From positions 4,026 through 68,025 of the forward strand of contig SFVI01000009.1 of NCBI GenBank assembly GCA_004560305.1: a stretch of 64,000 nucleotides of DNA, read 5' to 3'. Position numbers and translations under genes: made by a program. The notes under the pieces were generated by a model, which was not told the origin of the DNA, did not search any database, and saw nothing but the letters and a program-made list of their open reading frames with translations. How positions within the stretch are numbered: the first letter of the stretch is position 1; every line of letters starts with the position of its first letter. The stretch is from a bacterium. GTDB taxonomy: Bacteria; Bacillota; Clostridia; Oscillospirales; Oscillospiraceae. Positions 49,959 through 59,535 of this stretch are shown in pieces.

Positions 49959-51107
49959 CTATATAAGTTCTCGCGAAGCGCTGAGGATAATGCCCATCTC
50001 AAAAAGCTGGATCAACAGAGCCGTACCGCCGTAGCTGAACAGGGGCAGGGAGATGCCGGTGCAGGGCACCAGGTTGGTGACCACGGCCACATTCAGAAAC
50101 ACCTGAATGGCCAGCAGGGTGCTGATGCCGGCGCAGGTGAGGAAATTGAAGCGGTCCCGCTGGTGCAGGGCGATCCAATAGCCCCGGAGGATCAGCAGGG
50201 CGAAAAGGGCCAGAATGAGGGCGGCGCCGATAAAGCCCAGCTCCTCACAGGCCACGGAAAAGATAAAGTCGTTATGCTCCTCCGGCAGGTACAGGAATTT
50301 CTGCCGGCTGCCGCCCAGGCCCAGGCCGCTGAGGCCGCCGGAGCCGATGGAGTACAGGGACTGGACGATCTGATACCCCCGGTCAGAGGGGTCGGAAAAA
50401 GGGTCCCGCCAGGTGCTGATGCGGCTGGAGGCGTAAGGGAAAAAGGTCAGCAGCACCGCAAGGGCGGCAGTCACCCCGCCCAGGGCGGCGATAAACCAGC
50501 CCAGGCCCACGCCGCCCAGGAACATCATCACGCCGCCGATGGCGATCAGGATGATGGAGGCGGAAAAGTGAGGCTCCAGGATCAGCAGCCCGATCATTAT
50601 ACCCAGAATCGTCAAAAAAGGCAAGATGCCGTATTTGAAGCTGCGCATCTTTCCCTGGAAGCGGCAGATCAGCAGGGAGAAGGACAGAATCACCGCCAGC
50701 TTCGCCAGCTCCGATGGCTGCAATGTCAGCCCGCCCACCCCCAGCCAGCGGCGGGAGCCGTTGGCCTTGACGCCGATGATGGGCACCAGCATCAGCAGCA
50801 CCAAGGTCAGGCCCAGGAAGTGGAAGGTATAGCGCCGGTAAAAGCTCATGGGCAGCCGGGAAGCCAGCAGCATGGCCCCCACCCCCAGCAGGGCAAAGAT
50901 CAGCTGGCGCAGAAAGTAATAGGCCCCGTTGCCGCCGGTGACTTTGCCGGGGTCATAGTAGGCCCGGGCATAGCTGGAGGACAGCACCATCACCACGCCC
51001 ATGGCCAGCAGGATCAGAGCCAGGGTAAAAAAGCCCGCATCCATGCTCTGCCGCCGGGGCTTTTCCGGCGCAGAAAAATCGGAGAGGCGGGCGCTTTCAT
51101 AACGCAT
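49959..51107 (-). CDS. ftsW: SEDS-family peptidoglycan glycosyltransferase FtsW/SpoVE
   Basis: Ten-TM SEDS protein (SELAKLAVIL, LPLFSYGGTALL motifs); start could instead be the internal MDAGFF. Confidence 0.9.
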   Translation of the reverse strand: MRYESARLSDFSAPEKPRRQSMDAGFFTLALILLAMGVVMVLSSSYARAYYDPGKVTGGNGAYYFLRQLIFALLGVGAMLLASRLPMSFYRRYTFHFLGLTLVLLMLVPIIGVKANGSRRWLGVGGLTLQPSELAKLAVILSFSLLICRFQGKMRSFKYGILPFLTILGIMIGLLILEPHFSASIILIAIGGVMMFLGGVGLGWFIAALGGVTAALAVLLTFFPYASSRISTWRDPFSDPSDRGYQIVQSLYSIGSGGLSGLGLGGSRQKFLYLPEEHNDFIFSVACEELGFIGAALILALFALLILRGYWIALHQRDRFNFLTCAGISTLLAIQVFLNVAVVTNLVPCTGISLPLFSYGGTALLIQLFEMGIILSASRELI

Positions 51108-51126
51108 ATACCCACCTCCCCGATCA

Positions 51127-52146
51127 TCAGCTCATTCCCATATAGTGCTTGGACACTACAATAAATGATATGATGGCCATCACCAGAGATATGCCTGTAA
51201 ACAGGGCAACAATTTCTTTTTCTTTCCACTTATGGCCCAGCCAGCCGCCCATCTCCAGATGGTGGTGGAAGGGGGCCATCTTGAACACCCGCTTGCCGTG
51301 GCTCAGCTTGAAGTAGCCCACCTGGATGATATCGGACAGAGTCTCCATCAAAAAAACGAAGCCCAGGGTGATGAGCATGATAGGCATATTGTAGCCATAG
51401 GCCAGGGCCGCGATCATGCCGCCCAGGAACAGGGAGCCGGTATCCCCCATGAAGCACTTGGCGGGGTTAAAGTTATACACCAGAAATCCCAGCAGGCCGC
51501 CTACCATGCCGGAGGCAATAAAGCCCATCTGCTCAAACTCATCGCCGAACACCAGGGTCAGGGCCACGAAGAACAGGAACACGGGGATGGAGGTGCTGGC
51601 GGCCAGGCCGTCAATCCCGTCGGTAATGTTCACGGCATTGACGGTACCCACGATGATAAAGGAGGAAATGAGGAAATACAGCCATTCAGGCATGTAAATG
51701 GTCTTATCCACAAAGAACAGGTAAAAGCTGGGGCGCACATAGCCGATCTGGCGCATCAAAAGCACGAACACCAGCGAGGCCACCAGCTGCAAAAGAAACT
51801 TGGCCGTGGCGGAGAGGCCCAGGTTCTGTTTCTTGGCCAGCTTCTCCCAATCGTCCAGAAAGCCGATGGCGCCGAACACGCAGGCGAACAGGACGATGAA
51901 AACATTGACAAACTCACCCCGGAGCATCCCCTCAAAGCAGACCGTGAGGCAGACCAGAATGGCCGCAAGGATGAACATCACGCCGCCCATGGTGGGGGTG
52001 CCGGATTTATTCATGTGCCAGGCGGGGCCGTTTTCCTTGATCTCCTGCCCGGCCTTGATGCGGCGCAGCCAGGGAACATAGAACTTACCGAAGGCGGTGG
52101 CAAACAGGAAGGCCAGAACGAAGGCGGTTATCAGTTTAATGGTCAT
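51127..52146 (-). CDS. mraY: Phospho-N-acetylmuramoyl-pentapeptide transferase
   Basis: NAVNITDGIDGLA and MGDTGSLFLGG motifs. Confidence 0.95.
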   Translation of the reverse strand: MTIKLITAFVLAFLFATAFGKFYVPWLRRIKAGQEIKENGPAWHMNKSGTPTMGGVMFILAAILVCLTVCFEGMLRGEFVNVFIVLFACVFGAIGFLDDWEKLAKKQNLGLSATAKFLLQLVASLVFVLLMRQIGYVRPSFYLFFVDKTIYMPEWLYFLISSFIIVGTVNAVNITDGIDGLAASTSIPVFLFFVALTLVFGDEFEQMGFIASGMVGGLLGFLVYNFNPAKCFMGDTGSLFLGGMIAALAYGYNMPIMLITLGFVFLMETLSDIIQVGYFKLSHGKRVFKMAPFHHHLEMGGWLGHKWKEKEIVALFTGISLVMAIISFIVVSKHYMGMS

Positions 52147-52207
52147 TGTTTTCTCCCATATGCACGGCGCTGTCAGCGCTTTGTATTTCTTTTCGGATGG
52201 GCGGGGC

Positions 52208-53653
52208 TTACCGTCTACTCAGGTACTCAGCCACAATCTCCCGCTCATCCATGTGGATCTTCTCATGGCCGATGACCTGATAGTCCTCATGGCCTTTGCC
52301 GGCAAGCAATATTACATCACCGGGGCGGGCATTGTCAATAGCCCAGCCGATGGCTTCCCGCCGGTCACAGATGACTTTGTAGGGGGTGCGCTTGTTTTTC
52401 AGGCCGGGCAGGATCTCATTGATAATCTCCATGGGCTCCTCGGTGCGGGGATTGTCGCTGGTGATGATCACATAGTCGGCGTTGTCGGCAGCAATGGCGC
52501 CCATGATGGGCCGCTTCAGCCGGTCCCGGTCCCCGCCGCAGCCAAAGAGGACCATCAGCCGGCCCCGGGTGACGGGGCGCAGGGTCTTGAGCACATTCTC
52601 CAAAGCATCCGGCTTATGGGAATAGTCTATGATGATGGAATAGTCCCCATCCGTGGGCACCGACTCCATCCGGCCCTTGACGCCGGGGGCGGTAGCCAGC
52701 GCGTCGGCACACTGGGCAAGACCGATGCCAAGGCAGCCAGCGGCAGCGATAATGCCCAGGGCATTGTGGACAGAGAACATGCCGGGAATGTTCAGCCGGG
52801 TCAGGGCCAGTTCATCCCCATGGACGGCGGCAAAACGAACGCCGTCGGCAGAAAGACGGATGTCCCTGGCAATGATATCCGCGTCGTTCCGCTCTGCGGC
52901 AAAGGTGGTGATGGGACAGGGCGCATCCTGCATCATGAAATCCGCCCAGGAATCGTCCAGATTGACGCATCCCCGGTCACACTGGGAAAAGATCTTCTTC
53001 TTGGCGGCGGCATATTCCTCCATGCTGCCGTGCAGGTCCAGATGGTCCTGAGAGAGGTTTGTGAACACGGCCACATTGAAGTGGATGCCCGCCACCCGCT
53101 CCAGGGTCAGGGAATGGGAGGACACCTCCATCACCACATGGGTGCAGCCGGCGTCCTTCATGGCACGGAACAGCCGGTGCAGCTCATAGCTTTCCGGGGT
53201 GGTAAACTCGCTGTGCAGATGCTCCCCGCCGATCATATTGCCGTTGGTGCCGATCAGCCCCACCTTTGTCCCCAGCTCCTGCTCCAGCAAATGCTTCATG
53301 ATGAGGGTGGAACTGGTCTTGCCGCTGGTGCCGGTAAAGCCGATGAGGGTCATCTCCGAGGCCGGATCACCAAAGAAGTTGCGGCTGCAGAGGGCCAGGC
53401 CATAGCGGCAGTCCGCCACCTGCGCATAGGGCACCTCCCCCGCCGGTACGTCCTGGCACAGCACGGCGGCGGCGCCCAGCTCCATGGCCTTGGGGATGAA
53501 ACGATGACCGTCCACCGTCAGGCCCTTGACGGCCACGAACAGATCCCCGGGCTTCACCAGGCGGGAGTCATAGCAAATGCCGGTAATCTCCCGCTCCATA
53601 TCGGCGGAGGCGGAGAGGACCTGCAAATCTTTCAATATATCTCTGAGCTTCAT
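52208..53653 (-). CDS. murE: UDP-N-acetylmuramoyl-L-alanyl-D-glutamate--2,6-diaminopimelate ligase
   Basis: GFTGTSGKTS P-loop and ITSDNPRTE (DNPR, meso-DAP type). Confidence 0.93.
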   Translation of the reverse strand: MKLRDILKDLQVLSASADMEREITGICYDSRLVKPGDLFVAVKGLTVDGHRFIPKAMELGAAAVLCQDVPAGEVPYAQVADCRYGLALCSRNFFGDPASEMTLIGFTGTSGKTSSTLIMKHLLEQELGTKVGLIGTNGNMIGGEHLHSEFTTPESYELHRLFRAMKDAGCTHVVMEVSSHSLTLERVAGIHFNVAVFTNLSQDHLDLHGSMEEYAAAKKKIFSQCDRGCVNLDDSWADFMMQDAPCPITTFAAERNDADIIARDIRLSADGVRFAAVHGDELALTRLNIPGMFSVHNALGIIAAAGCLGIGLAQCADALATAPGVKGRMESVPTDGDYSIIIDYSHKPDALENVLKTLRPVTRGRLMVLFGCGGDRDRLKRPIMGAIAADNADYVIITSDNPRTEEPMEIINEILPGLKNKRTPYKVICDRREAIGWAIDNARPGDVILLAGKGHEDYQVIGHEKIHMDEREIVAEYLSRR

Positions 53654-53716
53654 AATTTCTCCGTTCTGCGCTTTAGAATCGCATAAGGTGTATTTTATAC
53701 CAGAATCCCCTTCCGG

Positions 53717-56050
53717 TCAATACTTTCCCAGGAGGGATTCATTTTCGTCGATCAGGGTGACCTCCACGATGCAGCCGTGATCGGCGGCGGTGCCGGCGGG
53801 AATGCTCTGGCTGCTGACCACCTGGCCGGAGGCGGCGTTCACCGGGCTGCGGGTGCTGACAAAAAGTCCCAGCCGGGAGAGGGTGTCCCGGGCCTGGTCA
53901 TAGCTGAGGCCTGACAGCTCCGGCACGGTCTCCATATTGGGGGAGACCTGGGCGCCGCCGAAATAGAGAATCACCTGACTGCCGGCGGCAATGGCGGTGC
54001 CGGCGGCGGGCAGCTGACCGGTGACGGTGTCGCCCCAACCGATGCAGCGGCAGTCCAGGCCGCAGTCCGACAGGCGCTGTTTGGCCTCCTCCTGGCTCAG
54101 CTCCAGCAGCATGGGGACGGTGGCATCATCCCCGGCGCTCTCCGGCAGGCTGGGCTCCACCCCCATATAGGGCAGGATGTCCGCCAGCATCCGGCCCACC
54201 ACCGGGGCCGCCATCTGGCCGCCGCTGACATAGACGCCAGACTTGTTGGAAGGGGTGTCCAGAAACACCAGAAGAGCAATCTGCGGGTCGTCCGCCGGGG
54301 CAAAGCCGATGAAAGAGACAATGTATTCCTTCTGGCCGGTCTGGGCCTCCAGGCTCACCTTCTCGCTGGTGCCGGTCTTGCCGCCGATGCGGTAGCCGGT
54401 GACGGCGGCGTTGCGGCCGGTGCCGTCGTTGGGATCCCCCACCACCTGCTCCAGGATCTGGCAAAGCTTCTGGCTGGTGGCCTCACTGATGACCTGGCGC
54501 ACCAGTTTGGGCTCTCGCTCATAGGCCACACTGCCATCCGGGTTCAGCAGCTGCCGCACCACATAGGGCTGCATCAGCTTACCGCCGTTGACGCAGGCGC
54601 TGACGGCGCAGATCAGTTGCAGGGGCGTGATGGTGAAGGTCTGGCCGAAGGAGGCGGCAGCCAACTGGGACAGGTTCCGGGGGGAGCAGAAGGTGTTTTT
54701 GCTCCACCAGATGCTGCCGCTTTCGCCGGAGAGGTCAATGCCGGTGGTGGCGGTGAGGTTCTCGTCGTCGCTGCCGGTCATGTTCAGAAAGCCGAAGGCC
54801 TCGCAGTAATCATAGAAGCGCTCCGCCCCTACCCGCTGGCCGATGTTTACGAAGGCCACGTTGCAGGAATGCTGGGCCGCCTGGGTCAGGTTCTGGCTGC
54901 CGTGGCCCCCGCTTTTCCAGCAGCGGATGGGGCTGGTGCGGCCGATGACGTTGACGGTGCCGGGGCAATAAAAGCTGTCGTTCAGGCTGACCACGCCCTC
55001 CTCCAGGGCCATGGCCAGGGTGATAATCTTGAAGGTGGAGCCCGGCTCATAGGTATCGGACAGGGCCTTATTGCGCCACTGGCGGGCCTGGGCCTGGCTC
55101 AGGAGCCTGGCACGCTCCTCCTCCGTTTCGGCGGCGTTGATGATGGTCATGTCCCCATCGCTGACGGCCAGGAAGTTGTTCAGGTCATAGCCCCCCAGAG
55201 AGGCCATGGCCAGAATCTGCCCGGTGTTCACGTCCATGGCGATGGCGCCGGCGCCGTTTTGTATGTCGTAATCCGCCACGGCCTGCTTCAGGTGCTTCTC
55301 CACATAGTACTGGATGGTCTCGTCAATGGTGGTGACCACATCAAAACCGTCTTCGCCGGGATAATATTCCTCAAACTGGGAAAAGAGCAGCTCGGTTCCC
55401 ATGGCGTTGGTGGCCCGGACGGTTCTGCCGGGGCTGCCGGAAAGGGCCTCGTCGTACCGGGCCTCGATGCCCTCCAGGCCGTAGTTATCCGTGCCCACGA
55501 AGCCGATCAGGTGGCAGGCCAGGGAGGAATTGGGGTAATAGCGTTTGGTGTCCGTCTCCAGGCGGACGCCCCGCAGGCCGTACCGGTTCTTGAAGGCCCG
55601 GACTTCATCCGCCTTTTCCTTTTCCAGCTTCCGGGCCACGGTCACATACCAACTGCCCTTCTGCCCGGATTTCTCATAGATCTCATCATAGCCGATGTCC
55701 AGAATCTCCGACAGGCCCCGGGCGATCAGGTCCCGGTCCTCGCCATACATCTCAATCTCCTGGGGGCTGAGGTACACATTGTCCACCGAGGCGCTGACCG
55801 CCAGGGTGTTCATATTGGTGTCGTAGATGGTGCCGCGCACGGTGGAGCTGGGCACGGAGCGCAGCTGCTGCTGGATGGCCATGCTCTCGTATTTTTCATG
55901 GTCGATGATCTGCAGCTTGTACAATCTGGCCAGCAATAAGAGAAATGCTCCGATTCCGAAAACTGCCATCAAAAACAGTGTACGGCGGAGCATCTGTCTG
56001 CTGGGCCCCGGCTTCAGGCCGGGAGACGGGGTCTTCTGTGCCATAGCCAC
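53717..56050 (-). CDS. Class B penicillin-binding protein (FtsI/SpoVD-like) with two C-terminal PASTA-like repeats
   Basis: TM anchor, transpeptidase motifs GSTFKI (SxxK), HSCN (SxN), GKTGTS (KTG); two repeats of about 60 aa at the C-terminus. Confidence 0.92.
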   Translation of the reverse strand: MAMAQKTPSPGLKPGPSRQMLRRTLFLMAVFGIGAFLLLLARLYKLQIIDHEKYESMAIQQQLRSVPSSTVRGTIYDTNMNTLAVSASVDNVYLSPQEIEMYGEDRDLIARGLSEILDIGYDEIYEKSGQKGSWYVTVARKLEKEKADEVRAFKNRYGLRGVRLETDTKRYYPNSSLACHLIGFVGTDNYGLEGIEARYDEALSGSPGRTVRATNAMGTELLFSQFEEYYPGEDGFDVVTTIDETIQYYVEKHLKQAVADYDIQNGAGAIAMDVNTGQILAMASLGGYDLNNFLAVSDGDMTIINAAETEEERARLLSQAQARQWRNKALSDTYEPGSTFKIITLAMALEEGVVSLNDSFYCPGTVNVIGRTSPIRCWKSGGHGSQNLTQAAQHSCNVAFVNIGQRVGAERFYDYCEAFGFLNMTGSDDENLTATTGIDLSGESGSIWWSKNTFCSPRNLSQLAAASFGQTFTITPLQLICAVSACVNGGKLMQPYVVRQLLNPDGSVAYEREPKLVRQVISEATSQKLCQILEQVVGDPNDGTGRNAAVTGYRIGGKTGTSEKVSLEAQTGQKEYIVSFIGFAPADDPQIALLVFLDTPSNKSGVYVSGGQMAAPVVGRMLADILPYMGVEPSLPESAGDDATVPMLLELSQEEAKQRLSDCGLDCRCIGWGDTVTGQLPAAGTAIAAGSQVILYFGGAQVSPNMETVPELSGLSYDQARDTLSRLGLFVSTRSPVNAASGQVVSSQSIPAGTAADHGCIVEVTLIDENESLLGKY

Positions 56051-56107
56051 CTCCGCGGAAGGAAGAATATATTATAAATATATTCAGTCCGCGGCGGTTC
56101 ATGACAA

Positions 56108-56386
56108 TTATCCCAGATCGATATAGATTATTTGGCCGGGACTCAGGCGCTGCATGCCCAGTTCTTCCGTGGCACGGCGCTCCAGTTCTTCCAGGCTCAG
56201 GCTGCTTTCCACCCTGGCCTGCAGGACCCGGTTCTCTTCTTTCAGTGTTTTCAGCGACTTCTCCAGGCCGGTAAGCTCCTCATTCAGCGCGGCCAGCCGG
56301 ATAGACCCCAGCAATGCCGACACCAGCAGCAGCAGGGAAAAGCCGATGCAGATGGCCCGGAATAAAATACCATTCATTCTGGCCAT
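56108..56386 (-). CDS. ftsL: Cell division protein FtsL-like
   Basis: 92 aa with a TM segment and a leucine-zipper-like coiled coil; canonical position between rsmH and the PBP gene. Confidence 0.75.
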   Translation of the reverse strand: MARMNGILFRAICIGFSLLLLVSALLGSIRLAALNEELTGLEKSLKTLKEENRVLQARVESSLSLEELERRATEELGMQRLSPGQIIYIDLG

Positions 56387-56389
56387 GGG

Positions 56390-57328
56390 CTACACCCTTT
56401 CCGCCACTCTCAGCTTGGCGCTGCGGGAGCGGGGATTTTGCTCCAGCTCCTCCGCGCCGGGCAGGATGGGCTTGCGGCTGACGCTTTTCAGGGTCTGCAC
56501 AAAGCCGCAGGTGCAGATGGGGGCCTCCCGGGGGCAGGTGCAGCCGTTCTCCCGGGCGGCGATGCCGGCTTTGACGATCCGATCCTCCAGGGAGTGGAAG
56601 CTGATGACGCAGAGGCGGCCGCCCTTGTTCAGCTTGTCCGGGGCAGTTTCCATCATTTGGGAGATGGCCCCCAGCTCGTCATTGACGGCGATGCGGATGG
56701 CCTGGAAGCTGCGCTTGGCCGGGTGCTGCTTCTCCCGCAGGGCGGCGGCAGGCATGGCGCCCTTGATGATATCCACCAGTTCCAGAGTGGTGGCAATGGG
56801 CTTTTTGCTCCGGTGTTCCAAGATGGCCCGACTGATGCGGCGGGCATAGCGCTCCTCGCCGTAATCCCACAGGATGCGGTTCAGCCGCTCCTCCGGCCAG
56901 GTATTCACCACCTCATAGGCGGTGAGGCTGTCCCCCGCGTCCATGCGCATATCCAGGGGCGCATCCCCCATATAGGAAAAGCCCCGCTGGATCTCGTCCA
57001 GCTGGGGTGAGGAGACGCCCAGGTCGAAAAGCATCCCGTCCACGCCGGGGATGCCGAGAGAGTCAATGATCTGGGCGGCATCGGAAAAGTTGCCGTGGAC
57101 AAGGGTTACGCGATCCCCAAAGGGCGCAAGACGCTTGCCGGCCCTCTCGATGGCAGTCTCATCCCGGTCAATGCAGATGAGGCGGCCGGTAGTGAGCCGG
57201 GAAGCGATCTGATAAGAATGCCCGCCCAGGCCGAGAGTACCGTCCAGGTACACCCCGCCGGGCTTTATATTCAGATTATCAATACATTCATTCAGCAGCA
57301 CGGAAACATGCTTGGCTTCGGTCGTCAA
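56390..57328 (-). CDS. rsmH: 16S rRNA (cytosine1402-N4)-methyltransferase
   Basis: HVSVLLNECI, DGTLGLGGHS and LFDLGVSSPQLD motifs; TTG start overlapping the mraZ stop. Confidence 0.93.
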   Translation of the reverse strand: MTTEAKHVSVLLNECIDNLNIKPGGVYLDGTLGLGGHSYQIASRLTTGRLICIDRDETAIERAGKRLAPFGDRVTLVHGNFSDAAQIIDSLGIPGVDGMLFDLGVSSPQLDEIQRGFSYMGDAPLDMRMDAGDSLTAYEVVNTWPEERLNRILWDYGEERYARRISRAILEHRSKKPIATTLELVDIIKGAMPAAALREKQHPAKRSFQAIRIAVNDELGAISQMMETAPDKLNKGGRLCVISFHSLEDRIVKAGIAARENGCTCPREAPICTCGFVQTLKSVSRKPILPGAEELEQNPRSRSAKLRVAERV

Positions 57329-57741
57329 AATTCCAGTTCCTCCATTACGGCGGCGATGTTCTCCGGGGTGGTCTCCAGCTGGAAGATGGCCTGCCAGCTG
57401 TCACTGTCCCAAAGCTCAGCATGGTTGTTGCAGCCCACCACAGTGACGGCCTTGGTCAGCCCTGCGTATTCCCGCAGGTTCTGGGGAATGAGGGCCCGGC
57501 CCTGACTGTCCAGCTCGCACCGGGCGGCATGGGCAAACAGAGGGCGCATCTTCCGCTGCTTCACATAGGGCATGGCGTTGACCTTATCGGAAAAGGCCTG
57601 CCAGTTCTCACTGCTGTAGGCACAGAGGCAGCGCTCCATAGACAGGGTAACAAAAAACACCTCGCCCAGTTCATCCCTGAGCTTGGCGGGTATGAACAGT
57701 CTGCCCTTGCTGTCAAGAGAGTGCTGATATTCACCTGTCAT
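57325..57741 (-). CDS. mraZ: Transcriptional regulator MraZ
   Basis: Duplicated LDSKGRLFIPAKLR / LDSQGRALIPQNLR SpoVT-AbrB-like motifs; start MTGEYQHS (ATG 57741). Confidence 0.93.
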   Translation of the reverse strand: MTGEYQHSLDSKGRLFIPAKLRDELGEVFFVTLSMERCLCAYSSENWQAFSDKVNAMPYVKQRKMRPLFAHAARCELDSQGRALIPQNLREYAGLTKAVTVVGCNNHAELWDSDSWQAIFQLETTPENIAAVMEELEF

Positions 57742-57769
57742 GCAGTTTGCCCCCTTTCGATGGAAAATT

Positions 57770-57799
57770 CCACCATTTTCCACCACTTCTAACCACTTC
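57770..57799 (-). promoter_or_regulatory. Three 10-nt-phased direct repeats (candidate MraZ boxes) in the mraZ leader
   Basis: Minus strand GAAGTGGTTA GAAGTGGTGG AAAATGGTGG, between the -10 element and the mraZ SD. Confidence 0.55.
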
Positions 57800-57807
57800 G
57801 CTCTTTC

Positions 57808-57836
57808 ATTATAGGGGGAGTATTTCGAAAAAGCAA
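57808..57836 (-). promoter_or_regulatory. Sigma-A-type promoter of the dcw cluster (Pmra)
   Basis: TTGCTT, 17 nt, TATAAT on the minus strand. Confidence 0.6.
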
Positions 57837-57880
57837 GTGAAACTTTTTGTTATATTTTGACTTTTTCTTGCCTTAATTTT

Positions 57881-57918
57881 AAAAAAATGTGCCGGACACA
57901 AGATCGTGTCCGGCACAT
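57881..57918 (-). terminator. Intrinsic terminator upstream of the dcw cluster
   Basis: 13-bp stem atgtgccggacac/gtgtccggcacat, then U7 on the minus strand. Confidence 0.8.
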
Positions 57919-57939
57919 GGGCTTACTGTCAATATGTAG

Positions 57940-58500
57940 TCATTCGTCGCTTCTGCGCTGCTCAATAATGATATTGCTGGTGACAGGCAGGATGTTTTCA
58001 GCCGCTTCCGCTTTTTCCTGGGGCTTGGGCTGGGGCTGGCCGCCCAAGCTGCGGAAAGAGCTTTGGGCAGTCTGGACCGTAGTCAGGGCGCTGTTCAGGC
58101 TCTCCACCGTCTGGCGGATGATGTCATCCACATACTGGCTGGCTACCCGGCGCAGCTCCTTGCTCTTGGCTTCGGCGGAGGAGAGCATTTCGGTGCTTTT
58201 GGCTTTGGCCACCCGGACGATCTCCTGCTCCTCCACCATGGCGCGGGCCTGCTCCTCGGCATTTTTCCGCAGAGCCTCGGCCTCCCGCTTGGCGTTGCCG
58301 ATGAATTCGTCCCGGGCCGCAACCAGGCGCTGGGCCTCCGCCACAGAGCTGGGCAGGCTGGCCTTGATGTCATTGATCAGGGCAACGGCCTTCTCCCGCT
58401 CGATAATGCACTTGTCATTGCCCAGAGGCACGCTCCAGGCGTCGGTCACCATGGCGTACAAAACATCCAGCAGGTCAAGAACGTTTCTGTTGCTGTCCAT
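57940..58500 (-). CDS. Hypothetical coiled-coil protein
   Basis: Start MDSNRN (ATG 58500) directly after the coaD stop; Ala/Glu/Lys/Arg-rich helical repeats (AEALRKNAEEQARAMVEEQE). Confidence 0.6.
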   Translation of the reverse strand: MDSNRNVLDLLDVLYAMVTDAWSVPLGNDKCIIEREKAVALINDIKASLPSSVAEAQRLVAARDEFIGNAKREAEALRKNAEEQARAMVEEQEIVRVAKAKSTEMLSSAEAKSKELRRVASQYVDDIIRQTVESLNSALTTVQTAQSSFRSLGGQPQPKPQEKAEAAENILPVTSNIIIEQRRSDE

Positions 58501-58501
58501 A

Positions 58502-58996
58502 TCAGCCCAACCTCCATTCCTTGGCTTTCTCCCGTATCTCATCGATGATCTCATCCGGCACCAGGCCCGTCAGGTCCGCGTCGTAGCGGGCCATTTCCCG
58601 CACGATGGAAGAACTGAGGAAGGTGTACTTCTCGCTGGAGGTGAGGAACATGGTCTCCATCTCCGGGTTGATCTTCTTATTGATAAGATTCATCTGGAAC
58701 TCATATTCAAAGTCCGACGCGGCACGCAGGCCCTTCACCACCACGGCCCCATCAAACTGCCTGGCATACTCGGCCAGCAGCCCGTCGGAACAGTCCACGG
58801 TGACATTGGGGTATTTGGCTACCGCCCGGCGCACCATATCCACCCGCTCCTCCACGCTGAACATAGGGGAAGTTTTGGTGGAGTTAAACATGACGCAAAC
58901 CACCACCCGGTCAAAAATTTGGCTGGCGCGGCGGATAATATTCAGATGGCCCAGGGTGATAGGGTCAAAGCTGCCGGGGCAGATTGCGATTGACAT
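58502..58996 (-). CDS. coaD: Pantetheine-phosphate adenylyltransferase
   Basis: MSIAICPGSFDPITLGHLNII N-terminus; start overlaps the rsmD stop (TGATG). Confidence 0.93.
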   Translation of the reverse strand: MSIAICPGSFDPITLGHLNIIRRASQIFDRVVVCVMFNSTKTSPMFSVEERVDMVRRAVAKYPNVTVDCSDGLLAEYARQFDGAVVVKGLRAASDFEYEFQMNLINKKINPEMETMFLTSSEKYTFLSSSIVREMARYDADLTGLVPDEIIDEIREKAKEWRLG

Positions 58997-59535
58997 CAGG
59001 CGCTCTCCTTCACATACAGGGTGAGCTTCACCTTGCCGTAGCGGTATTCCCTGCGCTTCTGATAGGGCGCGGCCAGCTCCGGCATGGGGGTTTCCCTGCG
59101 AGATTCGCAAACTATTATACCACCATCCGACAATATGTCAACCGAATTGATCACATTCAGCACCGATTCGTACAGCTGGGAATCATAGGGCGGGTCCACG
59201 AATATCAGGTCAAAGCGGCCGCAGCCCCGCAGATAGCTCAGGGCCTCTTGCTGCAGCACCGGGGCGCTGAGGCCGCAGGCCTTCAGATTCTCCTTAATGA
59301 TTTTCACCGCTTCCCGGCTCTGGTCAATAAACACCACGCTGTCCGCCCCCCGGCTTAGGCATTCAATGCCCAGCTGGCCGGTGCCGGCAAAAAGGTCCAG
59401 CACCCGGCGGCCCTCAATATCAAACTGGATGATGTTGAAAAGGGACTCCTTCACATTATCGGTGGTGGGGCGGATGTCATAATTCTCCGGGGTTTTCAGT
59501 CGCCTGCCCCGGACGCTGCCGCTGATCACTCGCAT
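58996..59535 (-). CDS. rsmD: 16S rRNA (guanine966-N2)-methyltransferase
   Basis: DLFAGTGQLGIE SAM motif and the DPPY catalytic motif. Confidence 0.9.
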   Translation of the reverse strand: MRVISGSVRGRRLKTPENYDIRPTTDNVKESLFNIIQFDIEGRRVLDLFAGTGQLGIECLSRGADSVVFIDQSREAVKIIKENLKACGLSAPVLQQEALSYLRGCGRFDLIFVDPPYDSQLYESVLNVINSVDILSDGGIIVCESRRETPMPELAAPYQKRREYRYGKVKLTLYVKESA

